A stretch of 64,000 nt of DNA from contig NC_042997.1 in the NCBI RefSeq assembly GCF_006345805.1, forward strand, positions 11,842,001-11,906,000, read 5' to 3'. Position numbers and translations under genes: made by a program. The notes beneath the pieces are model-generated. The model ran no database searches. It was not told the DNA's origin and saw only the letters and a list, made by a program, of their open reading frames with translations. This document shows positions 12,942 to 24,392 of the stretch, piece after piece (the first letter of the stretch is position 1; every line of letters begins with the position of its first letter). This DNA is from Octopus sinensis. Taxonomy: Eukaryota.

Positions 12942-13331
12942 CTAGCAGTATCGCCCGGCGTTGCTCGGGTTTGTTTCGACCCTTTAGAATTGGAATTTTT
13001 GAAAAGTAAAAGTCTTGCATTATGTAGCTTGTTATTCTCTTTACGTGAACCTTTTTCTGGTTGAAATACACCAAAAAATGGCGACACAGCAGTCAAAAAA
13101 TCGTTAGAAATAGGGATTTTCATGGAAAAAAAGCACCCATTTGATGTAAATAATTTTTGGTCTTAACATACTCCGATTTTAATTTCATCTTCTACGAAAT
13201 GAAAAACAAGCCTTCTTCTATCATACTCTCAATTTTGGTCAACTTGCGCCGCAGGGTCTCGAAGGAGTTAGTGTTAGTTGAAGGCTACCAAACCTGCTTC
13301 ACACAGACAACTTCAGCTTTATATATATAGA
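12942..13331 (-). mobile_element. non-autonomous Helitron
   Basis: Second copy of 4378-4738 with the same TC...hairpin-CTAG ends. Confidence 0.8.
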
Positions 13332-13334
13332 TTT

Positions 13335-13545
13335 AGACCATAAATAAAAAACCCTCCTGATTTTGTCGACCCTGTCCAAAACGACTAGAGACGGCGATAA
13401 ATTTGGTGTTTAGCCACAGGCTCTGTATGTCGTGCCCTTTTGGAAAATAGTGAACGCAGAGGAAATTCCATATTGGATGAACTGATTTAGGATATTGTTT
13501 GTTCTGCGTATGATATATGGTACAGATAACGAGGTGAGCGGAGAT

Positions 13546-13584
<39 letters not shown>

Positions 13585-13860
13585 GTGAAGGGAACCGACT
13601 TCTCGTCGACAACTGTGATTGTCACACGCCGATGACGGGTCAATACCTTGAAACTCGAGTCCATGTGTATCATAAGTTGATACACAAATACTTTGCAAAT
13701 ACTGATAGGGCACAGAAAGTGTGTCTATATCCAGCTGGAGGAGGTGTCCTCCTAGGGCTACAAACTACAGTAGCATCCACCCTTAGGGGTTAGCCATATT
13801 CAAATGGCAAATATACGTCACGATGTGTTGCTGCTACTGTTTATAACTCGCTCTGAGATT
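13335..13860 (+). mobile_element. PLE pseudo-LTR-like repeat with decayed hammerhead
   Basis: 13585-13800 is homologous to 24125-24330 (- strand); contains CACACG-CCGATGA...GAAAC-TCGA-GTC-CATGTG at 13623-13667. Confidence 0.6.
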
Positions 13861-13864
13861 TATC

Positions 13865-13923
<59 letters not shown>

Positions 13924-14414
13924 GGATAGGTTAATACAGAAGTGTTCTAGCTTGGGCTGAAAATATAGAGAGGAGTCTGTCTCGGATTACATTATCCTAT
14001 GTACCCGCTGTTTTTTTTTATCTGAGAGATGGGGGACTGAGGTATATTTATGAGCTGTTTCAAGCAGTTTGCACGATCACGTTGATGCTCTCTTGTATCT
14101 CGGTGCGTGTATTCAGCAACTGAACCGAAGGAGAAAGAAAATTTCCTGGTAATTTCTTAAGCCGCTGTTGAGACACTTCTCGTCTCCTGGTGATATATTG
14201 TGTTTTTAGACACCAAACATCCATAAATGATGTTGTCTCCAGACAAATATCAAAGTGAGTTTGCGTTTATGTATATACATTAAGTTTAACACATAAATGG
14301 CTATTTTCGTATGATACTGCTTCTGTTGCATATACCGGAATTATATTCATATAACGGAGTTTTATTATTGGGTTTATTATTATATTTGTTTTTATTATTT
14401 TTCCTTATTTAACT

Positions 14415-14415
14415 G

Positions 14416-14468
<53 letters not shown>

Positions 14469-14475
14469 GCTGCTG

Positions 14476-14520
<45 letters not shown>
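14415..14520. repeat. (CTA)n microsatellite
   Basis: Trinucleotide array. Confidence 0.95.
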
Positions 14521-14522
<2 letters not shown>

Positions 14523-14712
14523 CATGCAGCTGCTCTCTTATACGTACTGGGTGAGACGTGGACTTGTGGGCCTTCGTTTCTCTACCACCATAACATCCTC
14601 TTGCACACATTTACACCTCCTCCTCTTTATTTTCTTAGATATCCTAACTGTTCATGTTTGCATACTGCTGTATATAGGGGTACGCATCACTCCTTGTGTT
14701 GTAATTTTGCCA

Positions 14713-14812
14713 ATAACGCTGATGAAGTGGTCCGGCTGCCTTTGTTTTGTATCTAGGAATTCAAGCTCGCATAGTTAATGTTTGCCGGACTTCTGAAACA
14801 CGTGTACGTTAT
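14713..14812 (+). ncRNA. type I hammerhead ribozyme with extended helix II
   Basis: Helix I ATAACG/CGTTAT (6 bp); CTGATGA 14719-25; helix II 14726-36/14784-94 (10 of 11 pairs); GAAA 14795-98; palindromic helix III ACACGTGT; GUA site, predicted cut after 14806. Confidence 0.85.
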
Positions 14813-15117
14813 ATAACGTACCGATATCGATAATATTTCCTCTCTTGGTTTTTTTATTTTCAAATACGGCAAGCAGACTCCGCACACTAACTTAAATAGG
14901 GTTATGATTACTGTCAAAACATATCGGAGATAAGAGTGGAAGGTAGAATTGGTCTACAATGCTCATACCTTTGCGTCAAATGAAATGACACTTAGCGCAC
15001 CTTTTACATTTAGATTATATATATATATATATAATATATATATATATAAATATATGCGCGCGCGTAGGTCCGTGTGTTTGTACACGCACATTTATTATCG
15101 TATTATCTCGTGATTTG

Positions 15118-15149
<32 letters not shown>

Positions 15150-15154
<5 letters not shown>

Positions 15155-18100
15155 CTAATTCTCTGAATATGAAACCAAGAGTGGCCTTAATTCACAAATA
15201 AAGAAATTTTATATCCACTAATGCGGAATTGAGCACTCATTTAATCGTTCGACATTTACGTATCAAAGCTTCCGACGGCAACAAACACCGGTTAATCATC
15301 GAAAGCGAACAAATAATCAAAACAAATCATGGTAAAACACGAAATAATGACATAACTGAAAAATATTCCTATTCCACCAAGGAAACAATACATCAAGCAT
15401 GTTATTGAAAACGTTCTGAGGAGAATGAAATGGAAGGCCTATTTTTTCGATAAAGATACGTGCATCCCTCATGCAGGGGATAATTACGGTTTCAGATCTT
15501 ATAAAAACACACCACACATTAAAAACCCAGAAAAATTTGAAGACGTTCTTATAGAGTTAGTCAGTAATGTTATATTCAACGCAAACTCCAACAAGTTTCA
15601 ACATACATTACAAACATACATCGAAACTTTCAAAACATCAGACAAAACAAAAAGGTATTTACGAAGTAAACAACCAAACACACAACAAACTACCGACAAC
15701 GTAACTAAAACATACAAGGAAACAAACCCCACCACTTATAATTCAATTAATATAAAAGCAAAAAAATAAATCTAGGCGCAAAGTTTAAAATAGAAAGTGA
15801 AGTAGAACAGCTTATCCCACGAAATCCTTTTACAACTCTGAGAGACCATAAAAACAATTTCACGCAAAACCTTTACTTGTAGATTAATACATACCACAAA
15901 AAAGTGAAATAGGAATTATTAGTAAATCTATATTAGATAATATTATACGACATATCAGGGCACACTCAAATCTTACCCAGTAGTGCAACTATTGAATGGT
16001 TTAAGAAATAGAAGATAAACCCAAATGCAAATTTATACAGTTCGATATCGTAGAATTCTACCCCTCGATCTCCAAAAAGCTTGCTTCAGAAGGCACTTGA
16101 GTTTAGCAAAACATGTCTCTATAACAAATACCGATTATGATTGTAAGGAAGTCATTATTCTTTCATGATATTTCCTACTGGATAAACAAAATGGAGACGA
16201 GTTATTTGACGTGGCATTGGAGAAATATAGAGATATAGCTGACCTTGTAGGCCTTTATACCCTAGATGCCCTTGGAAAAGAAATAAAAGAAGCTAACATG
16301 AGCTTATATAGGGACGATGGCCTTGGAGAAGTACACAATAAAAACGGACATAATATAAATAAAATAAGGAAAAATTATGCAAGATATTTCGTCAATTAGG
16401 CCTAAGAACTACTATCAGTACAAACCTTAAAGAAGTCAACTTCCTAGACATTAATATGAATCTTAACACAGAAAAATTAAAACCCTACCACAAACAAAGT
16501 GAGGAAACCTCGTACATAGGCATGAGGTCCAAACACCCAACAGCAGTAGTTAAACAAATGGTTAACAATATTAGCAGTCGTGGCTCCAATTTATCCGTCG
16601 ACAAAGACACTTTTGAAAAAGCCGACCCAAATTATAATGTTGCATTAGAAATATCCAACTTCAAGAATAGCATACACTACATTGAACCAGATATAAATAG
16701 ACAAGAAAGATGCAGACAGGAAAATCTTATGGTTCAACCCACGTTATAGAATGAATGTAGCTACTAACATAAACAATTCTTAAAACTAATAAAAAACTAC
16801 TTTCCACATTCACAAAAATATTCTAAGTGTTGCTGCTTCGAGTAGAAATCTAGGAGGCTGAGGTCACAATCACCACTGTGACAATAAAGATGAACAATGG
16901 TTTGAACTTTGGAGCCATTTATTTTCTACTCATACATTACGATGTGTACGTGTGTCACGTGTTCATATTAGTGTACGGCAAGCGTACGCGGCACACGTAC
17001 ACATCGTAAAGTATGAGTACAAAATAAATGGCTCCAAAGTTCAAACTATTGTTCATCTTTATAGTCACTTTATAGTGACTGTGAACCCGCCCGTTTAGAT
17101 TTCTACACGAAGCAGCAACGGTAGAAAGAACTCTGTAGGCTCATCATCACAGAAGAAGCAAAATTGGCCACACCGATACAAAGCCACGCTCACAGCAACA
17201 AGAAACCAAAAACCATTCAAGGATGACAGCAGTCCTCCGAGACACGAACGGACACAAATAGACACGACCCGCCGGTCGTCAGAAGAAATAACATCCGTTT
17301 CAGATACAAACCGGAAGTAACCCACCCCCGACAAACCGCAAAACCAAGACCAAGCAATAAAATAATAACAAACTTATCGGTGGAGATAACAACAAGATCT
17401 TCAACAGAAATACTGTTAAAGTTAGCTATAGATGCCTCCCTAATATAGGGTCAATAATGCTCAACCACAATAAACATAAATACACCAGGAAACATCCGAG
17501 AAAGACAATGCGACTTCAGATCCCCAAACCGCTGCCCTCTAAACAACAACTGCCTCGAGAAAAAATAATATACAAGGCCAAGGTCACGGACTCCAACAGA
17601 ATAGCAACGACTATATGGGAATAACGGGCAAACACGTTCAAACAAAGGTATAAACAACATCTTGCATCATTCGGAGACGAAAACGAAAAAAACATGCGAC
17701 ATCTCTATCAAATATGATAAGGACATTACAAAAAGGTAGAATAAACAACCCCCAGACAGAATGGAAAATTATTACTAAAACCAAAAATACAGAATACGGA
17801 GTACCAAATGTGAATTCTGTATTGTTGAAAAATTAAACATACGATCAACAAATAGCATCTTAAATATTAAGGATGAAACCTCTTCTTGCGCACACAAGCA
17901 ATAGTTTACATTCAAATATTTCAAAGAAGAGCCCCTATAAACGAGGGTAACCCTACCAGGATAGCTCCTTTCCTAAATGTAAACATACATAGCACACAAA
18001 CTTCGCACAAGAAGAAATATGCACCAATGACGAACTAGCTCAACATACAAGTACAAGAACACCATGCCCAAACCAAAAACAAATAGTGTAAAATTATGCA

Positions 18101-18335
18101 AACAAATTCATCACAAAAAAATTTAACCAAAAGACAATTTCAAGGGCGACAAACATCCAAAACATGCCACTCAAGAGTAACGTCCCTTGAATCATTGATT
18201 CAGTGTTTTATTTACGTGAATTTACGAGAAATCTCGTGCACGAAGCGAGACTGTTTACCAAAAATGGAGGCGAATGTTTTTTTTAATTTTCTGAACATGA
18301 AACTAATGGTAGCTTTAATTCACAAATAAAGAAAA
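15150..18335 (+). mobile_element. Penelope-like element, Naiad-type (RT + GIY-YIG), frameshifted
   Basis: LKNIPIP...RMKWKAYFF, NYGFRS, TLRDHKNNF, QFDIVEFYPSI, LYRDDGL, WFNP, KIFNRNTVKVSY, C-x-F-R..CPL...CL, IIYKAKV..YMGIT, FKQRY, CEFCIVEK; about 60-bp direct repeat at 15150-15210 and 18275-18333 (pLTR architecture). Clade call is from recalled motifs. Confidence 0.85.
16829..17119. repeat. fold-back insertion inside the PLE
   Basis: Outer gttgctgcttcgagtagaaatcta / tagatttctacacgaagcagcaac and inner arms of about 80 bp with few mismatches; interrupts FP-SQKY | IFNRN. Confidence 0.85.
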
Positions 18336-18952
18336 TACATATATATATATGTGTGTGTGTGTGATTTGCAGGAATAAAAGCTGAGTATCAAACGCGAACT
18401 GGATGCCTTAGAACTGGACCTAAATTTAATGTATTCTGACGTGAACAGACTTCTGCCAAAGATTGATGACGTCAGCTAAGAACAGACCATTCAAATCCCT
18501 GGTACAAACATTAAGACCTTGTTTTTATCAGTAGCTAGCGAAAACACAATAAATACAGCAGATGCTTAACTTATTAAAATGTCATTAAAAATGTTGTCTT
18601 TGGCGCCTTTGATTTGATTGATCATGGCTTATACAGATGGTTTACCTCGTAACTGGTCAGTAGTCCTGATAAAGCTAACATGAACTTGCTGCAGAGTCTT
18701 ACGCCGTTCAACAACAACTCGAAAATTCGACGATTTCAACAGTTCAGTACCATTGCGGACACACATTTCCCTGATACACACGAAACGAACTAACTCGGTG
18801 TAAATATCCCTCTTCTGTTGTTGTCGCAACATTTATTGTTTAGATAAATATTATCAGAAGTTTGGTGATGCAAACAAGTAAATAGAACTCAAAACATGAG
18901 TATTTATACTTTTTTTCTATTGATAATCGGCTGAAATTACAGAGTATCTGAA

Positions 18953-19003
18953 GGGCCGAGAGTTTCGTGTATTAGAAACGCACGAAACTCTCGACCCTTG
19001 ATT
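18953..19003. repeat. short inverted repeat
   Basis: aagggccgagagtttcgtg ... cacgaaactctcgaccctt. Confidence 0.75.
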
Positions 19004-19139
19004 CACTCGGTAACTTTTGGCAATTATTAATAAAAAACCTATACATACTATATATAAATGTACACACACCTACACTCCCACACCCACGGCCACACAAACA
19101 AACACATACATATGCACGTTAGTGTGTGTGTATAATTAT

Positions 19140-19183
<44 letters not shown>

Positions 19184-19351
19184 ATTATATATATATATAT
19201 TTAACAATTAAGGATAATCTCTTAATAAGGGATCTTAACAAGAAATTATCAGGTAGTTAGCGTGAAAACCTCATAAAAGAAAAGAATCCGAAAATAATTT
19301 TTTTCTTTGAACAAATTAATTATATCTATATTGTATGGAGGGCATTATTAC

Positions 19352-19461
19352 ACATAAATGCCTCACACTAAGAGGGACAAAGTCATTACTACCAAAATTA
19401 TACTAATTAGTATAATTTTGGTAGTAATGACTTTGTCCCTCTTAGTGTGAGGCATTTATGT
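19352..19461. repeat. perfect 110-bp palindrome
   Basis: 55-bp arms checked base by base, no spacer, centre ctaa|ttag; same family as 27777-27970. Confidence 0.95.
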
Positions 19462-19468
19462 ATATATA

Positions 19469-19517
<49 letters not shown>

Positions 19518-20527
19518 ATATATGTGTGTGTGTAAGCTATAAGACACATTGCCTAAACTTTATAAAAAATTATGGCAGCTTATAAAATAATGAGATATGA
19601 CAAGGAAGAAAGAATAGAAATAAGAAGCAATAAATTATAGTGAGATGAACATTAAATATTGATAAGACAGCTTCAAATGAATAAATTATGAAATAACTTT
19701 GAAACATTTATAAGACACATTGAGAGTTAAAAAACACTAGAGTTTTTTAAGTAGTTTCTTTTGTGTCAGAAATACTTTCTCTTTTTCTTAGGTTTATCCA
19801 ATCTTATTCAATTTATATATACATTATCTCTTATATTTCTCCAATGTGTGTTTTCTAATATAAAACGGTTGGGTTCATTTCAGTGATATGTAGTTGCTAT
19901 TTCTAGCAGATCGAATGATCATGCAGAGCGTTACTCCAAGGGAAATGTTTCATCATTTCCCGCTATTACTTCTACGGCACAATGTGTAGTAACATGAGAT
20001 AGTTGCCCCTATTGTATGAATCTATGTTATTGGGAATATCTTATGTTAGTTTTATCAGCCACATTCTTCCATGGTGGCTTATGGCATATAGGAAGAAAAT
20101 ATTAATTTTGGAATTTTCTTTCTCCTAGAATAATTTCTTTCGTCGCAGCTCAGCTAAGGAAACCAATCTACCCTTACAAAAAATTATCTAACTCGTAGAT
20201 GGGACCCTGACAGTTACTACCGCTCCATGTCGGAACGCACCAGGAATAATTGTAATTAAGGGTGAGTCCTCATTCGCTACAAGTCTAGAACTCCCGAAAT
20301 AGACCCTCACTACTCGATGCAGTTTAACACCATATTCAGGACAAAGCTTAACAGCGGTAAAATTTCACTGCTTGATTGCCGTTGAGACGCTACTGAATGA
20401 TGGTGGCAATATAACTTCAGTAGTGATTGGAATGGCGGAGCTCAGTTGTGGCTGTGATGAAACAACTATTTTCCTGGTTTTATTATTATTATTCTTTTTT
20501 TCTTTGCTATATCAAAATTTGTATTTA

Positions 20528-20765
20528 AGGCGGGGTGATGGCAGAATCGTTAGCACACCGGGCAGAATGCTTAGCAGCATTTCGTTGGTCTATACATTCC
20601 GAGTTCAAATTCCGCCGCCGAAGTCAGCTTTGTCTTTCATCCTTCCGAGGTCGATAAAATAAGCACCAGTTCGACGATAGGGGTCAATGTAATCGACTGA
20701 TTCGTTGAGTTAATTTGAGTAATATATGGTTGCTGGCCTTGTGCCAAAATTTGAAACCAATATTT
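20528..20765 (+). mobile_element. SINE family M, tail type 2
   Basis: Same head and core as 7058 but ends ggccttgtgccaaaatttgaaac. Confidence 0.8.
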
Positions 20766-20944
20766 GGTATTTTTTCATGGTTTGGAATCTATTCCAGAAG
20801 TAAAAGTATTATTAAGACGTAAGAATAACAATATTTACATTGTACATTACGCATACAATCCTTGCACTACTAGTCTCTTACACACACGCAAGCACACACA
20901 CACAAACACTCACACTCACACACATCCATATATATATATAATAG

Positions 20945-21192
20945 ATGTGCCTTTTAAAGCCTAGCCAGGCTCTATGGGCCCGGTTTCCCGGTTTCTATGG
21001 CGTATGTGTTCCCCAGCTGGATGGGACGCCAGTCCATTGCAGCGTTACTCATTTTTGCCAGCTGAGTGGACTGGAGCAACGTGAAATGAAGTGTTTTGCT
21101 CAAGAACACAACGCGTCGCCCGGTCCAGGAATCGAAACTACAATCTTACGATCATGATGCTGACATCCTAACCACTAAGCCACGCGCCTCCA
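20945..21192 (-). mobile_element. tRNA-derived CORE-like SINE (family C)
   Basis: On -: ggcgcgtggcttagtggttagg...gtttcgattcc, cttgagcaaaacacttcatttcacgttgctccagtccactcagctggcaaaaatgagta. Confidence 0.85.
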
Positions 21193-21198
21193 CACACA

Positions 21199-21301
<103 letters not shown>

Positions 21302-22953
21302 TAAGTATATTTCGTGGTTACCACTTTGAGTTTTAATTCTTTTCTAATTTCAAATGTTACTTTTACTTCAACGCTAACGAAAATACAATTTAAAAGTAAA
21401 AATCAAAAATGAAACGCAAAAGATGCTAAATGTGAAAAATTAATGTAGATGGGAAACATGTTGTATACACGTGTGCTCATAGAAACATTATATTGTACCA
21501 AGGTTATTACGTAAGACTAAGTACATACATACATCGTAGGGAATCTTAGAAAGGAGTGTAGGTTAAAAATAGAGGTAGTTATTATAGCGAAAGAAAGGCA
21601 AACAAAAGAAAAAAAAAAAGAAACTAGAAATCCCATGTAGATCTTCCTGAACTACCGTAACGAATTATCATTTATTTTCGATTTTATATCGCGTGGTGAA
21701 ATTAAAGGACACCCAGGAAATTTCTATATGCATGTGAGAATTTTTTTCCTTTTACCTATCTATGTCATATATATAATAACGCAATAATGGCGAGAAGGTT
21801 CACTGTTTCCAAACAATTCTAACGTGGTTGTTGATTAACTGGAGGAGAACGGTCACTGCGCCAGCGGCAAATAACCCGGTGCGCAAATGATGTTGCGCTT
21901 CAATCCGTTTGTCATATGATCCTTTATCTCTCATGTATTCATAATTTCATGGTCCTGAAACAGTAATGGATTGTGTGTTGCTTTGTGACATTATAACCTA
22001 AACCCGAGACATTGTTTTTATATTTTATTATTTTTTTTACTGAAAACTTATGTCACCTATATTTGACCTACAGTTAGTAGGAGACAAAAATATCTTCGAA
22101 GATAAAGGTTTTTGCTTCATCTTCAGATAAATTCAGTAAGAAAAAAAAACAAAACAAGCGAAATACAAAAAAAACCCATGAAAACTAACAAAAAGACAAA
22201 AAATCGTTTAATAAACGTCTGATGCCCACAGCTATTTCACACTGAATTTTATGCTTACCTGCATTCTTGCTATCTACTTTTAATATACTTCCCCGCTAGC
22301 AGAACTTTGAAATCAAGAATTGTCTAGTAGAGAATGCGATCTTAATTGTTTTTTTTTCTTTTGGATGTTTTGTTTCGTAATTTTTGTTCTTTATTCATAA
22401 CAATCCCATCTTCTGATATTGCATTAATGTAAGAAAAAAGCAATTAAACTTTGTTTGCTATCAATACAAGTTTGAGACGAATATAGCCGAAATCTATAAA
22501 ACTTTAAGACAAAAAATAATGTTTGTTGGTATATGCCCAACGGAAATAGAAAATTAAAATCCTGTTCTCAACCGAGTTATACGAGATTGTGCTATGTTTT
22601 TTCTTCTTATCATTATTTATAGTTTAAAGTGTGTCTTGCAACAAGAAAAAAAATCAATTTCATATGGTGAGTTTAATATTTTTTATGTACTATCAATATA
22701 TCTCACTAGACCACAATTTAAAAACATATTTCAAAGTTAACTATCAGACTACAACATTAAAACGAAACGAAAGTTATTTAAAAATAAAACCTAGTGAACG
22801 TGAGAGCAAGTAATTGTAAAAAACAACGGTAGACCATCGGATCGAAATGATTCACTGTGGCATCACCCCAACAGAGTATGTATTGAGTATGTGTTTAAAT
22901 TCAGCAAGGGCGGACATTGCCTATCGTGGCTATTCATATATATATATATATAT

Positions 22954-23022
22954 AACATTATTGGAGAATTGAAGAAATGGAGCTGAACGCAGATTGAATT
23001 TCTTCAATTCTCCAATAATGTT
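22954..23022. repeat. fold-back next to (TA)n
   Basis: 25-bp arms aacattattggagaattgaagaaat / atttcttcaattctccaataatgtt, 19-nt loop. Confidence 0.9.
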
Positions 23023-23255
23023 TTAATTTCAATTATCCGCACCAACGCACGGTTGCAACGCCAGATGGTTGTACCTCCAACCGTGCTGTTCACTGCTGTG
23101 ATTTTTGCTACTAAGGTATCGGTTAAACTTTTGATTAATCTACTACAAGATTATTCATCTTTCTATTTCACATAATATATATATATATATATATATAGAT
23201 ATATATATATATAATATATATATATATAATATATATATAATATATATATATATAG

Positions 23256-23294
<39 letters not shown>

Positions 23295-23312
23295 GTGTAT
23301 AAATATCTAAGT

Positions 23313-23809
23313 CTAGTTGTGGCTGTGTGGTAAGAAGTTTGCTTCCCAGATACATGGTTCCGGGTTCAGTCCCACTACATGGCATCTTAGGCAAGTGTCT
23401 TCTACAATAGCCTCGGACCGATCACACCTTGTGAGTGCAATTGGCAGACAAAAACTAAAAGATGCCCATCGTATATAAATATGCTGGGACATAAACGCAC
23501 CAGCACCGGTTGTCAAGCGGTTGTATAGCACAGACTCAGAGATACACACACATCAATATACATGCATATATATGGGCGTGTATCACTGCGGTGTTGATGC
23601 ATGTATCTCCCAATACATGCAGGTTGTGCGCCAGTATGGCAGCCGTCTAAAGACTGAAATATGTAAGAGATAATAGGCGCAGGAGTGGCTATGTGGTAAG
23701 TAGCTTGCTTACCAGCCACATGGTTTTGGGTTCAGTCCCACTGCGTGTCACCTTGGGCAAGTGTCTTCTATTATAGACTCGGGCCGACCAAAACTGAAAG
23801 AAGCCCGTC

Positions 23810-23815
<6 letters not shown>
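23313..23815 (+). mobile_element. two 5' fragments of SINE family A
   Basis: Heads at about 23313 and 23674 (ataggcgcaggagtggctatgtggtaag). Confidence 0.8.
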
Positions 23816-23855
<40 letters not shown>

Positions 23856-23960
23856 TATATAATATATATATATATGTAGGTCCCGGGTTGAGTCGGGGTT
23901 AACCACAGTAAATAAAGTACTCAATACATAGCAGAGTAAAGTAATTTATTTTATAGAAGG

Positions 23961-24011
23961 AGCTTCTACAGGACTAGAACTATTTCATTCAGATGAAATC
24001 TTTAGGAAGCT
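23961..24011 (-). ncRNA. decayed hammerhead ribozyme
   Basis: On -: AGCTTC-CTAAAGA-t-TTCA tc TGAA-t-GAAAT-AG...CT-GTA-GAAGCT; 6-bp helix I and GUA site in register; G5->A and C15.2->U substitutions. Confidence 0.55.
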
Positions 24012-24073
24012 GCCTGTCAAAATAAGTTCTGGTATTTATGCATTTAGGCAGATTTAATGGAGTGGTATATATA

Positions 24074-24114
<41 letters not shown>

Positions 24115-24124
24115 GTGAAGTATA

Positions 24125-24330
24125 TTTATCACCTAATTGTGGCTAACTCTTAAGGGTTGATGCTACTGTAGCATGTAGTCCCAGGAAGATATCTCCTGCA
24201 GCTGGCTATTGACACACTTTCTGTGCCCTATCGGTATTTGCAAAGGGAAGTCATCCTTCTCATCTCCAGCTTGACGTGATACACACAGAACTGAGTTTCT
24301 GGATATTGACTCGTCATCAGTGTGTGAATG
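24125..24330 (-). mobile_element. second copy of the 13585-13800 pLTR-like family, decayed hammerhead at 24282-24326
   Basis: On -: CACACA-CTGATGA-cgagtcaatatcca-GAAAC-tcagttc-TGTGTG. Confidence 0.6.
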
Positions 24331-24358
24331 TGTAGCGGCTAGTAAACCATCATTGCGA

Positions 24359-24392
<34 letters not shown>

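Noticed and set aside
14520-14760. Minus-strand PLHQRYW...ETKAH reading as an R4/Dong fragment
   Set aside because: Several stops and weak similarity; the + strand hammerhead explains the region better.
17275-17312. GAAAC...CTGACGA on - as a type II hammerhead
   Set aside because: No helix I can form between the site and the core.
17500-17910. Selenocysteine (UGA) recoding as reported for some Naiads
   Set aside because: Cys-motif positions read TGC/TGT/TTC with no in-frame TGA at conserved cysteines, and the copy is frameshifted.
22259-22295. 37-nt minus-strand exon with CAG|GTAAGC donor
   Set aside because: A single good donor is expected by chance at this window size; peptide is uninformative.
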